Shown: positions 38,600 to 51,693, counted from the first letter of the whole stretch. The stretch is DNA of 62,193 bases, filler included, from Dugesia japonica (GCA_001938525.1; 6 parts of 6 records of this genome joined end to end with filler, not necessarily neighbours in it), one strand, 5' to 3'. Notes: generated from the sequence alone by a model not told the origin. A program made the numbers and translations.

Positions 38600-40244
38600 G
38601 GTGGCCTCTTATTACACGGTTAATATGTAAATACTCATAAATATTGAAATATATAGTTACTATATAAATATTACTCTGATAAGCATTATATTACACACTT
38701 GCTATGTAAATAATACAAATAATATACTCATAAACACTATAATACAGGGTTACTATGTAAATAATACATGGTAACTAATCAAATAATGCACTCATAAACC
38801 CCATAAGACAGGGTTATACATTCATAATACATGCATAATCCTTAAAATACATGGTTTCTATGTAAATAATACAAGGTAACTATACAAATAATATACTCAT
38901 AAACCCTATACACTGATAAATATATTTTTTTATAAGTTTTTTAAATATATTTATATTAATTATATATTAAAAGGTTCAATTAAATTATGATTTTTATGAA
39001 AACAGTTCTATATTTTTATCATTTTGTTCTAAGAAATGTTCTCAATTAATATATTTATTATAGAAAACAATGCATGACTAATATGTTTTTTTATTAAAAT
39101 TGCATCACTNATGAGATTTCTTTAGAAAAATTGCCACTACTAATATGTTTATAAAGAAAATTGTCACTAGTAATATGTTTTTATGAAAAAAGTTCTATGT
39201 TTTTTATCATCTTGCATAGAAAAAATTTTAAAATATTTTATCATGTAAATATCGCAAAGACTCCCCTTTTTGAAGTTTTTTGATTGATATGTTTTATCAT
39301 GTAAATAACACAAAGATTCCCCTCTTTGAATATTTTATCATGTTAATTTTAGACTGCCCAGTATCTTGCAATAATTTAAAAAAATATCAGGACTACCTCA
39401 ATAATTTAATAATAAATGCAATATGGATGCAATATGAATGCAATACAGCAACACGTGCCTGGGAATTTTATTGATTTTAAAAAAAATAAATAATGCCTCA
39501 ATCTCTTAAAAATATCAAGACTACCCAATATCCTGCAATAATACCCCATCTAAAGTAAAATATAAAGAAATAATCAATAATGCTTCAATCACGACTGCCC
39601 AATCTCTTACAAAAATATCAAGTCTGTTCCATCCTCTGCAAAATATAGAGACTACCCATACCATGTAAAATATCAAGACTGTCCATATCTTGTAATAATA
39701 TCTTACAATATATCAAGACTGCCGATTTCTTGTTATAATGTCTTACAAAATATCAAGACTACCGGATATTTTTTTAATAATATCTTACAAAATATCAAGA
39801 CTGCCCGATATCTTGTTATAATATAAACATTNNNNNNNNNNNNNNNNNNNNNNNNNNNNNNNNNNNNNNNNNNNNNNNNNNNNNNNNNNNNNNNNNNNNN
39901 NNNNNNNAAATTTAATTAGATTTAATTAAGTTTAATTAAAAATTTCCCCCACCAAAAAATAAATTTTTAAATTTCCCGCCAAAAAATTTTATGTTTCCCG
40001 CCAAAAAAAATATCAAGACTCTCCTCTTCCCAGTTCAAAAAATATTAGAAACAAATTTTAAAATTTAAAATACACACACACCCAGGAAAAAAAATGATCC
40101 GATCAAAAATGTTTTGATCCCAAAAATCTTAGAAAAAAAACCATCACAAAAATACCACCACAAAAATTTGTTCACAATCGTAAGCAGTTGTCAAGCAGTG
40201 GGGGGTCCCCTCAAATTGTGACCGCGCGCTACTTTCCCCCTACT
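38600..40244. repeat. Long terminal (inverted) repeat region of Polinton copy B with nested tandem arrays
   Basis: Colinear similarity with 54655-56870 and 28990-31437: ACTCATAAACC arrays, TTGCATCACTAAT arrays, AATATCAAGACTGCCC arrays, TTTCCCGCCAAA, AAAATACCACCAC, CTACT end. Confidence 0.85.
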
Positions 40245-41949
40245 TTCCCCAGACATATTTACTTTTATTAATTGAGATCCTCATGTAAGAACCACCAATA
40301 TTGAGAATATTGACAATTAATCTAAGTCCCTGTTTAAATTAGAAAGCTGTGTGTGTATGGTTGTCTGAAATATAAATGACGATAAGACGCAGCATATTCG
40401 TGAGAAAAAGAAACGACTAATTTTCATAAACAAAATTAGTCAATTGAAGTTTCATAAAGTGAAGGAATCCGAAAGAAAGTTATGCAAAAAGTTCTCACCG
40501 CAAGAGGCTCCATTTTGGAAGTTTGAAAACCTAACATCAGATCTGTTTCTTTGCGGGGTTATACTAGGCTGGTAGTGAGTTTTCAATCATATTTTATGAC
40601 TCATTTATTTGTTTCATGGTTTTATCATCAACCTTCTAGAGTTCGCCATGATCAAGTTGATTATATTTTTTGTTAAACTGTATTTTAATATATAGGTCAT
40701 TTATTCTACTTATTTTCACTGAAAATTTTATTTTTGTAAGTTAGTAAAAATCTAACTCTGATAATTTTTATCTGGTTCTTTTTTTTTGTTTTTTCTTATA
40801 GAGATACCCATGTTACTTGCTATTTCTGATTTTTTTAAAACTTGGATATTATTATCTAATTTCTNNNNNNNNNNNNNNNNNNCTTATTTCTACTATTTTA
40901 TTCATTATTTAATGTTTTTGACGGGGATAATACTTTAAATGTGTTTTTGCTTTCGGAAAATAAGAATGTGCTTCCCATTTTTAGAGACAAAGTGAGACTT
41001 TCGCGATCTTTCGAAAAAAATGTCTTGTTGAAAAATATTAAGAAGCTTAAGGATGGAATTTGAGGGACAGACTGCTGACCATTTTGCCATTACTTATATT
41101 ATATCTATATGGATCTCTAAATATTAATACATACGCATTTATCAATAATTATTAACTAATGAAATATTGGCTTAATAATAAAACAATGGTTTCTTTATTT
41201 AATTGTTTTGTTTACAATTCACTAGTTTTTTCATTTTAATGTCTTATTCTTTTTAATAGTTTAACATAACTATATTTTATTTAAAAGTTCATAAAACAAT
41301 TTTCAAATGGAAATTCTTCTTTTTAATGACTAAAAAGTAACGGAAAAAATTAATAGATTACATATAATTATATTAATAAAATTGCATATTTCTTTTTTCG
41401 GTAAAACGAGTTTAACGTCAGTCCTTTACGCAAGTCTTAATATTAAACAATCTATAAATTAATTTAAATTTAATATGTTTGTATTTTCTTATCCCAATTT
41501 ATAAAATTTATTATGAAATAAATTGAATAAATGCACAAGAAACAACTTTGCATGAAGTTAGAATATTGATTACAAAATTCTTAAAATAGATTGTGAAATT
41601 CTCTATTCATTATTTCAATAACAAACACCGCTATATGCTATCAAATTTATGCGTATCATTTACTTATGCACAAATTGAAATAGTGAATTTAAACGTACCT
41701 GTTTCGTTCATTTTTATGTGAAATCAATTCAGAATTGGATTTAATAAATTTCTAATCAATAATGAATTTATTCACAAAATATTTTAAAATTTTAATTAAA
41801 ATTCATTAACAAATAAAATTTGATGATTAAATAAATAAAAAATTCATAACAAACGAAAAAGAAATATCAAATTTATTTGTAGATATTCCATTCATGAACA
41901 ACGTTAAATAAAATTTTAAGTTTCAAAATTAGAAAGCAACATTGTAATT

Positions 41950-43263
41950 TTAAATAGCAATAAATTTTGGTTCAAAATTTTCAAATGATGGCAAATCTTC
42001 ATTTTGATTCAATTTTGGTTCGTAATGATTGAAACTTTCATAATCATTATTTAACATTTTTGGTTCAAAATGATCAAAATTATTGGATTCATTATTCAAA
42101 ATTAATTTTGGTTCAAAATGATCAAAATTATTGGATTCATTATTCGAAATTAATTTTGGCTCAAAATGATCAAAATTATTAGACTCATTGGCTGTAATTA
42201 GTTTTGGTTCAAAATGATGAAAATCATTTCCTTTTTTAATTCCACTATATTCATTTGCAGAGGAGAGACTAAATATATCATCATGAATTTTCTTAGCCCA
42301 ATCAGTATTTCTGAATTGTGCACAATACATATATATGGGGCCTGTTTTGTCAGTTTCCTGTAACATACTATTTCTTGAATAATTAATACAAGTAATATCT
42401 TCCTCACAAAATTCAACATTTGAATAAATTTCATTTCCTGATTTAATCCGCAAATCTTTCAACTTTGATCGTGATAAATCGTCGCAATGTATCCGATTGT
42501 CGGTATCACTTGAATTGGAACTACTGGAAGAAGGTCTAGAACTGCATACGGATATAGCATCTGGTTCATTGAAATTTTGAAAAGTTAAGTCAGGTTGATA
42601 GAAACTTTCATCAAAGTCTACTGCTGTCATTTCATTTCTATTCAGCATGGCAGAATGAATTGAAATCTTTTCGAAGTCTCTAGGATCTTCATAAAGATTT
42701 GTAGCATCGACATTATCCATATTTTCAATTTGAATTTCAGGTACATCAACTGGTACATCGTTTGAGTCACTAAGGGGTTGAATTTCTTCATTTGCATTAT
42801 TTTGGACTTTCTTTACTCCTTCAATTTCATCACAAAATATTTTTAAATCTTCAACATTATTAAATTGAAATACTAAAAAAAATTTGTGCACTTTATGATG
42901 GACACCCATAATAATCATAGTTGGATCTCTGTGTAAAACGAAAAATTTGTTAACTTGAGTATAAGGAAAATGATGAGTACGTTTTGAAGAGGCTTTCTTA
43001 CCATAGAAAAATATTTTCTTTTCAGAATGCATTTTTATTGTTGTGTCTTTAAACAGCATTTCGTTCTTTTTATAAATAACTTCAAATAGATTTATGGCAT
43101 TTTCAAGATTTATTTCTTTGTTAAGGTCCTTTTTATCCAAGTCGTATTTTCCTCTGAACTTGCACGGAAGTTCAATGTATTGTTTGGATTTAACACCAGA
43201 TTTACTAGATTTACCAGATTTACCTGCTTTTTTTGCTTTAGTGGATTGGCTTTGATTTGACAT
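41950..43263 (-). CDS. Intronless protein (437 aa): N-terminal PH/PTB-like domain (flatworm 'trematode PH-like' type, tentative) and C-terminal 16-aa repeats
   Basis: Long open ORF from ATG 43263; IELPCKFRGK...HHFPYTQVNKFFVLHRDPTMIIMGV...FLVFQF followed by a helix fits a PH-superfold; GPIYMYC motif; six (F/Y)EPK repeats. Confidence 0.75.
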   Translation of the reverse strand: MSNQSQSTKAKKAGKSGKSSKSGVKSKQYIELPCKFRGKYDLDKKDLNKEINLENAINLFEVIYKKNEMLFKDTTIKMHSEKKIFFYGKKASSKRTHHFPYTQVNKFFVLHRDPTMIIMGVHHKVHKFFLVFQFNNVEDLKIFCDEIEGVKKVQNNANEEIQPLSDSNDVPVDVPEIQIENMDNVDATNLYEDPRDFEKISIHSAMLNRNEMTAVDFDESFYQPDLTFQNFNEPDAISVCSSRPSSSSSNSSDTDNRIHCDDLSRSKLKDLRIKSGNEIYSNVEFCEEDITCINYSRNSMLQETDKTGPIYMYCAQFRNTDWAKKIHDDIFSLSSANEYSGIKKGNDFHHFEPKLITANESNNFDHFEPKLISNNESNNFDHFEPKLILNNESNNFDHFEPKMLNNDYESFNHYEPKLNQNEDLPSFENFEPKFIAI

Positions 43264-43615
43264 TTTGTAATTGATTTGTAACAATAATTTTTTTATATGA
43301 TTTTATTATTATCGTTTAACCAATGAAAATCAAATTAATAAAACATCACATATAATTTTGAAAATTTCAGATCAATACAATGGCTTAATCTTTGAAATTA
43401 TCGCATTTACACACAAATAAAATGCCATTGAAAAGTATTACTATGAAATAATTGTTCAAATTCATATATTTTACTATGCATGCTTACTAATTTAATTCTA
43501 GTGTATAGCAAGTTAATTCACATTAAATTGAAATTTGTGTTTAAATTAAATAAGTACGAAAAAATTAAAAACAATTTCAAAAATTGAAAAAATATTTAGA
43601 AAGTTATAAATAAAA

Positions 43616-43616
<1 letters not shown>

Positions 43617-43680
<64 letters not shown>

Positions 43681-43731
43681 NNNNNNNNNNNNNNNNNNNN
43701 NNNNNNNNNNNNNNNNNNNNNNNNNNNNNNN

Positions 43732-43793
<62 letters not shown>
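43617..43793. repeat. (AAT)n microsatellite spanning a gap
   Basis: Pure trinucleotide run. Confidence 0.95.
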
Positions 43794-43797
<4 letters not shown>

Positions 43798-44099
43798 TTA
43801 AATAGCCTAAATAATAGTTCAAACCCAATAGTTTTAATAACAAGTCGTTATCATCATAATTATCAAACTGTTTCCAATAATCTTGCGTGAATTTTGGATA
43901 ATTTCATGGACAATTAAAAATAATAACCCCTAAATTGGGAATTATTTAGAATTAAATATCAATCAGTCTAGGAAAAATCATAAATGTTTTCCAGTTCAAA
44001 TTAAATGTCTTTTTTCAAATTCAATTTTTTAAATTTCAAATTTAATGTTTGTAAAATTATATATATTTTGAAACAAAACAACAACTAATGAACTAATAA

Positions 44100-45000
44100 T
44101 AAATGCAATATTTTTCCAATTTCATGAGCATGTCGACATAATGATTTTTGCAATCTCTAGAGGTAACAGTAGCCACGGATGCTTAAATCACGATTACTAG
44201 GCTTTTTAAATAAATTATTGATCTGCCAACAAATTTCTTGAGACAATTTTATTTTTGAAAAAACCTTTTTATTTGGATTTAACTTTGGGGAGTATGGGGA
44301 AAGAAAAATTAATGTATGAGTTGTCTCACTAACTTTATTACACACCCGAGTTTTATGTATTGTAAAATTATCTATGACCAGTCATGCATTTGTGATGCCA
44401 GCTTTAGTCAGTTTGGCAAATAATTCTTCAAAAATGGTAATAAAAATGTTTGCATTAACAGTTTTGTTAGAAATTACTTAACTATGTATGATCTATTGTA
44501 AATTCATAGCCGTAATATGTGAAACATTTCGTCTTCTCACAGTTGGAAATACTATATGAGTAAAGGTGTTTACCGAGCGATTAAACTCAAATTCATCAAT
44601 AAACACTATATTCTCTAGTTGTTCTGAAGAATTTTGAGAAAAGTGAATTACATATAATTTACGTTGCTCAATTTTGACTATAGAACTCATAGGATCTAAG
44701 TTTATTATATCATTTTAATCGATATTCGCAAAGCTAACAATGTATTAAAAATACTGGCTATCCATTGGCATTTTCTAAAAAATCTTCATTTTGATTTCTT
44801 TAAACGTTATGCATGAATTTTCTTCAACTATTCTTTCAATTTCAATTAATATTTCAATCGATAATTTCACTTTTTATCTAGAGCCAGAATTTGTTTTAAT
44901 AATTACACATCCATCTTTTTATAGCCATTTATCATGAATAGGGCGGTGTTTTAATTAATTCCTGCTATCCCACTAGATTCAATAATTGTCTTACCTTAAT
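44100..45000 (-). mobile_element. Decayed IS630/Tc1-mariner transposase
   Basis: ENIVFIDE, VIDNFTIHK, LIFLSPYSPKLNP DDE-triad motifs spread over frames. Confidence 0.75.
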
Positions 45001-45022
45001 CATAACATTTTAGAAATATATT

Positions 45023-45122
45023 NNNNNNNNNNNNNNNNNNNNNNNNNNNNNNNNNNNNNNNNNNNNTTAATTAATTAANNNNNNNNNNNNNNNNNNNNNN
45101 NNNNNNNNNNNNNNNNNNNNNN
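45023..45122. other. Artificial contig linker
   Basis: N44-TTAATTAATTAA-N44. Confidence 0.95.
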
Positions 45123-46023
45123 TATATATATATATATTTATTATTATTATTATTATATTTACACATTGTAATAATTTAGTAGTAATTAGATAGTATTAAT
45201 AAAATTTCTGGTTATTTTGAAAATGATTGCAAAATTTGAACTGATAAAAATCTTTCAAAATATAAACTATGTAAATCTGTTATTATTTATTATTTAAAAT
45301 AAAAATATTTATTAAAAATAAAACATTAAAATATAATTGAAATTATAATGCAATGAAAATTCCAGTTTGAAAATAATGAAAACTTATTAGACAACTTTCA
45401 GATTCTCATTATTCCTCAACAATTCAAACAAAATTGACTTGGTAATTTATCATAATCCCTTTCAAACAAAACCAATGGCTACTATTCATAGATTTAATTG
45501 GAAAATTGTAGCAAATAATTTGTAGTCATTTAATCGAATGCCAATATTGAATTATACAGCTATATTCAGCCTCTGCAATAAACTCACAGAGTATTTTGGA
45601 AAAATAAAAAAAGAAGGTTTATACTAACAGAATTGTTGAAACAAAAGCAATTCCAATTTCAGAAATTTAGTTTGTTTATTTAACTGCCAGTAAAAATAAT
45701 CGACATAGATTCATTATCTGCCTATTCAAAACAGACAGGACAATGTTTCAGATAAATTGCATTTCCTATTACCTACCTAAACTGACATGATGACTAATTA
45801 ATTTAAATTACCATTCAATTTTTTTATATAAACTTTTTAAAAATAAGATGATAAAAAATAATGTAAATTTTGTATGATAATCATTTTATCAAAGATTTTT
45901 CGAACCTATTTTTGATCTTCAAGAAAATTATATTATGCTTGTTAGAAAGGAAATTTTAAAAAACATAGTTGTACAAGAATTTTTAATCAATGTTGAATGT
46001 AATATTTTTGAGTTGTTTTAATA

Positions 46024-47611
46024 CAATGCCGTTCATATGATGAATATATATAATTATAAGTACTTTAATTTAGTCTTTATTTAAATTTCTCTAAGAATAT
46101 GTTGAAGTACATGTTTCCAATCGAAACTTTCCAAAGTAAAATTGTTGTAAATGTAGAAAAACCGATTTTTCACAAAAACATTAATTTTTAGGTCATTTTG
46201 AATACAAAAGTAAAAATTCAATAAAACATCTTTTATTTACATTTCGAATTAGGAAACACATTATAATAAATATTCAACCTCATGAACAATCAAGACACTC
46301 GAAATTTGTACCTTGTATTCATACTTTTATTTTTAATTACCTCTTGAATCCTACTTGGCATGCTTTCGTAAAGATTTTTAATTTTAGATGTTGGAATCAT
46401 TGCCCGTTGCTCCTCGGAATTCTTCCACAGTACCTCAATATTTGCTGGCTTACACATAGCAACTTTGGCTTTTAGGTCAGCACACAACGGCTCTATTATA
46501 TTCTGGTCTGGTGATTGAGCCGGCCAATCACTGAGTACGCAGATTTTTTTGATGTCCAAAAAGGAAGACACCGATCGTGATTTATGGCATGGAGCTCCGT
46601 CTTGTTGAAATATATTTTGTGCCTCATATATTGGCAACAACCCTTTCTTCAATACATTCATGTAGGCATCGGAATTCATCCAATCCAGACACCTTATCAT
46701 AACTCTGGTACCATCTTCTTTGAATTGCACCCCAAACCATCAAACTCTGTCCTCCGAATTTCCCCATTTTCGTGGTATATTTTGGATTATACCTTGATCC
46801 TTGAGGTCTGCTGACATATTCTCTTCTTCTAGAGAACAGTTCTATGCGACTTTCATCAGTAAAAATCACCTCATTCCAAAAAGAAGGAAGCACTTTGCTA
46901 TAATCTCTTCACCACTTTAAGCGATTCTTGATAAATATGATTCATTTAAATATGGTTTTTTTGCTGCAATTCGCGCGAAAAAGCCATACTTTCTCAGAAT
47001 GCGCTTTACAGTACTAACTGAGGAAGTTTGGCTTCATTTCCAATCGATAAAAAGATCACGTGCTGTTTTCTGGGGATTTTTCTTTGACTACCGAATAAAA
47101 GATCTTTCTGATCTTTGTGTATTTTTCGGATTACGACCACTTTTACTTAGGTTTTCCAATGTTCTATGCTGTTGCAGCTTCCGTACAATATGTTGAATAG
47201 CTTTCCTTGAAATATTGAGTTCATTTGAAATGTTCCACTGAGATAAATCCTCTTTCAATTTTTTAATGACTAAATTCCTAATATATATTGATATCTTAGC
47301 CATATTTAACATAAGAATTTCAAAAGTAAAAAAATATATTACTTAATCATTTGCAAAATGTTGTAATTATAGATTTTACTTAAAAATTTAATTTATTTAT
47401 TAAAATAGTTTAAATAAAAACGCCTTAACATAACAAATCTATTTTAATAATTATAAAATAATTTTTGTAAATAATTTTTTAATGAAATATAAAACTAACA
47501 TCAACATATTTCTAAATTAAAATAGTTAAAATCATAAAACCTTTAATATAATTCATAATCTACAATTTTTTGCATTTTTATAGGGTGGCCCAAAACATAT
47601 GGACGGGATTG
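46024..47611 (-). mobile_element. Full-length Tc1-like transposon, transposase frameshifted (46290-47312)
   Basis: TIRs TA|CAATGCCGTTCATATG ... CATATGGACGGGATTG|TA; HTH...SGRNPK, VIFTDES, LMVWGAI, FQQDGAPCH, WPAQSPDQNIIE. Confidence 0.92.
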
Positions 47612-48809
47612 TATTCAGTTTAAAAGATTGTTTTGAAAAATGTGTATGTACAGTTTAGTTGGAATATTTTTATTAATTGTATTTAAAGCAAGATCTATTT
47701 AAGAGCGTAAGTTAGTATTGTTAATCTGTATTTTGGTAATTAATTTATTGATTATTATTTCGATTGCAAACAATAGATTTTAAAATTAGATTCTTTAGAA
47801 AGCTTATTTGGTGTTTTATTATGAAATAAAAAGTGACACGATATTGAATTATTTAAATAAATAATGTATATAATTTAAATATTTTTTATTTAGAGAATAA
47901 ATATTTTTAAAAAAGTTGAAAATTCATTCGAAATACAAATTTATTTGACTTATTACTTTTGTTGTTAAATAAATTTTCAATGGATTCAAATACTCTTTTA
48001 AATTCAACGACGATTGTCTTAGACTCATTGAACAAGTATAATGATTTGTATTATTATTTCAAGATTAAAATAAAAGTAATTTATTCAAAACTCACTAATT
48101 ATTGAAATATTCTGATAAATTATTAATTCCATAAAAGATAGTATAATTATCATTTTGGTAACTAAGTAATTGCCAACATTTTCACAAGAAGCAATTGTTA
48201 TAATAATAAGACGAGTTAATTATAATTTTTACAATTCATTTTTACCGATTGGCCAAAGTTGTGTGTGAAAGATGATACTTTTTCGCTTGATAAATTTTGA
48301 TTGTTTTCCTTGGGTAATTATTGATAAGTTAATTAATTGTGAAATGTAGACATCTGAATTGACCGTTTAGTTGCGTGATAAAGCTTCAAATTAGATAATT
48401 CATTTTTTAAATTAATTTCCCACAATTATTTTTCGCCAACAAATAGTATTTTACTTGGATTTATTTTGTGTTATTGTTACTATGATACTTGTTAGTTAAG
48501 GGTACTTGTTAATTGATGATTTAAAGAAAATAGTTACCTATAATAAATTTCAATAAAATTCATTAGAGTATATTAAAACATTTAATTTCTCTTAATTTTT
48601 GAGATTATTTATTTTATGAAATATCTTTTTCAAATTAATATGTAAACATTTTATATTTCTTTCAGATATAGTTCTACGTATTTCTGAATAGTTAATTATG
48701 CAATCTATGCTAAATTATTTTATTCATCTTTACTTTTAATATTAACCAATCAAATGCACGCATCAAAACTTTATTATATATATATATTCATTAATATTTA
48801 CGAATAAAT

Positions 48810-48965
48810 ACACAAGTATAGCAACACACAAATATAGCAACACACAAATATGCCAACGTACAAATATGCCATCACTCAAATATAGCAACATACAAATATG
48901 TCAAAGTACAAATATGCCAACACACAAATATACCAACACACAAATATTTCAACAAACAAATATAT
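48810..48965. repeat. 16-bp tandem repeat ACACAAATATAGCAAC, ~10 copies
   Basis: Direct inspection. Confidence 0.85.
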
Positions 48966-49506
48966 TCGCAAAGAAATAAATCAACGTATAATTAATTACA
49001 TTAACAAAAACATATGAACATACAAGTATATCAATACATGTCAAGGATATTATGTAAATTGATTATTTAGTAAATATATTAAGAGCTATTAACTAGAAAA
49101 TCATTTGGAAAATTTTACATCTGAAAAATTATTTAATATTTCAAGAATTTTATTACTATATTTGTTGAAATAAGTTTTTTATTGCTGTGTTGAACTACGA
49201 TTAAATGAGTAACAATAATAATTACGAATTAAATTCATGAATGTTCAACATTTACATGATAACAATTTAGACAACATGACACACAGATATCATCAGTTTT
49301 CAATAAATTAATGAATTTCTTTTTACTAGAAAATTAAAAGAACAAAATATTATTTTCTTTACAGATCACCAAGAGTATAATTCTATATAATTGTGGATTC
49401 ATAAAATGAAAATATATTTGTACAAATTTCGAAACATTTTTAAACAAGCAATCAATTAATTTCGATTTCTCTTTGTAATGATAGAAAAATAGGTTACATG
49501 ATGAAA

Positions 49507-51338
49507 TCACACAGGGCGAAATTACACGGGAAAGAATTACACATAAAAAGTTTAGAAAGTTAATAAATTATTAAATTTTAAATTTATAATCAAATATTAA
49601 AAGTTTAGTAAAATGAGCTATAGACCACAAGAACTCTTGTCGTCTATGAGAATCATAATTTTGTACAATCCTTCAAATACGTTGTTTTAAGTTTGTGTAA
49701 CGAATACGTCCATGGTTCTTTTGATAAGTTACATGCTGTAAATAGTTTGTATGTTGCAGGGACAATTCCTTGATGATGTTATTCAGAAATTTCCAAATTC
49801 TTGGATGGGAACACTGAAAAAGTGACTGAAGTCCGTAGTGCTATCCTTCTATACAGTTTATAGTTCTTGCTATGCAGTTTGCTGCTGATTCCTTATAGTT
49901 CCAAATTGAAATATTAAACAATGGTAGTTTGTAAGTTCCGTTTCTAAGTTGCCTACCTCTAATATATGTAAGTTCAAAATAGGAGAGGATTTTGTCAATT
50001 TGTTCATTTAATTTATTTACAACAGAGAATAGTTCAGAAACTTTTAAAAATGCTTCCACGACCTCTTCTTCTGGTAACAAAGCAAAAGATAACAACATTT
50101 TTATATGTATAGCAAAAGGCTGATTAGATTCGTACAAAGTTTTCGATCCACACTCATGTACTTTACGCAGAATCGATTGGGATAGATGAAAAAAACATCC
50201 GCCAACTTTAGTATTTTCAAATACAGTACGAAAGGCTTTCGTTGCTGCAGTTTCAAAATCTGTCAAGATTTTTCGTGGCCGTGCTTAAGGAATTATTTCC
50301 AGTAACATATTTAGCATTTTTCCGTATATTCTTTCTTCTTTCCCTGTTAATAGAGCCATTAAACAAGGAAAAGCGACGCCTGATTCGTATTGAACATGAA
50401 TACTATATAATTGGTAATATATTTCTGGAGCAACTTTAAATGTACAATCTGCTAGCCAAAAATCATTAACTACAAGAGGATCTAAAAGTGTTTTTATGAC
50501 CAAGTAGTATTATGCGTTCTGGGTCATCTACACCAGAATCTTGAATAATTCGACTTGCATTCATCAATGGTATTTCAAAATTTTTATTAGTAGGATTTGC
50601 AGGAGGTTTTTCAAGTGTCCTAGCTTTAGATGCATTTAATCGTTCTGTTAAGGAACATTTCTTCGGTAAACTATATCTTTACACCATCTATATTATCAGC
50701 TATGACTGATCGAGCAGTTGCCCCTAGATGCGACATTTTTATCTTCATTATATTTGTAAGTTTGTGAGATTCTGCTTCAAAAGCCCTGTTTTCATGACAG
50801 TGGTCTGAAGGTTTACGAATAATCTTGTTGTCTTTAGTATGGAACAACGATCGACAACGTAAAGTTCTGAATTTTGCACATCGCCAATGGATAGTCCCAT
50901 TAATAGTTTCACGATGGCGAATAAACTCAAATCCTCTATAAATAATAACTTAACGACTTTTATTACTAAAACTATGCTCAAAATTATCTATGGTGTAATG
51001 AAATTTTTTTATTTAAATTAAACAAAGTATATAAACAAGAGAATAATTTTATATATAGTCAAGTAAATTTAAAAAATTTATAATTTAAATTTTATTAATT
51101 TAGTATAAGTTTTATAAAATATTTTTATGTAATTTTTTCCAATGTAGTCCTGACACGTGTAATTTTTTTTGTTTTATAATTATAAATTTTTTATAATTTT
51201 TTTTGTTTTATAATTATAAATTTTTTATAATTTTTTATAAATTAATTTTAATAAGTAAATTTAATAAATTTATAATTTAAATTTTATGTGTAATTTTATC
51301 TTGTGTAATTTTTACCCGTGTAATTTGGTCCTGAGACC
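49507..51338 (-). mobile_element. Mutator-like (MULE) transposon with decayed FLYWCH-MULE transposase
   Basis: HWRCAKFRTLRC; WLADCTFKVAP..YQLYSIH; TDFETAA..AF...GCFFHLSQ; RTINCIEG; imperfect TIRs CAGG..AAATTACACGGG / CCCGTGTAATTTGGTCCTG. Confidence 0.88.
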
Positions 51339-51617
51339 AAAAAATATATGTTAACATACATGCATTTCAGCTGTTTAGTTAACAAATTGAATAAATTCAC
51401 TGCTTTTTAGTGTTGTAGAACTATTATTACTTTATAATTGGAATGCACATTTTCTTTCGTAGAAAGCTTAATTAGGATTTATTTTCAAAGTTGGATTTTA
51501 GTTTGCTGGAAAATCTTAAATTTTAACGAAATTAAGATAACAATACAAACCAATCTCATGAAAATGAACAATAAAAATATTTTCATATAACAATTAGTTA
51601 AAAAAACTTTATGGTTT

Positions 51618-51693
51618 TGAATATAAAAATTGAATATAAAAATTGAATATAAAAATTGAATATAAAAATTGAATATAAAAATTGAATATAAAA
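51618..51693. repeat. 13-bp tandem repeat TGAATATAAAAAT x~6
   Basis: Direct inspection. Confidence 0.9.

Larger units (their letters stand above)
33736..40244 (+). mobile_element. Polinton/Maverick (adintovirus-like) copy B: gene X, TBP-like, ATPase, integrase, penton, major capsid, terminal repeat
   Basis: Order ATPase-INT-penton-MCP as in animal Polintons; right end ...GCGCTACTTTCCCCCTACT (reverse complement AGTAG...), consistent with Polinton 5'-AG...CT-3' termini. Confidence 0.9.

Noticed and set aside
39500-39830. AATATCAAGACTGCCC repeat-spacer pattern resembling a CRISPR array
   Set aside because: Eukaryotic context, no cas genes, repeats degenerate and spacers related to each other; part of the Polinton terminal arrays
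48400-48460. ILFVGE/NCGK P-loop-like peptide on the minus strand
   Set aside because: Needs a frameshift and has no supporting downstream helicase motifs
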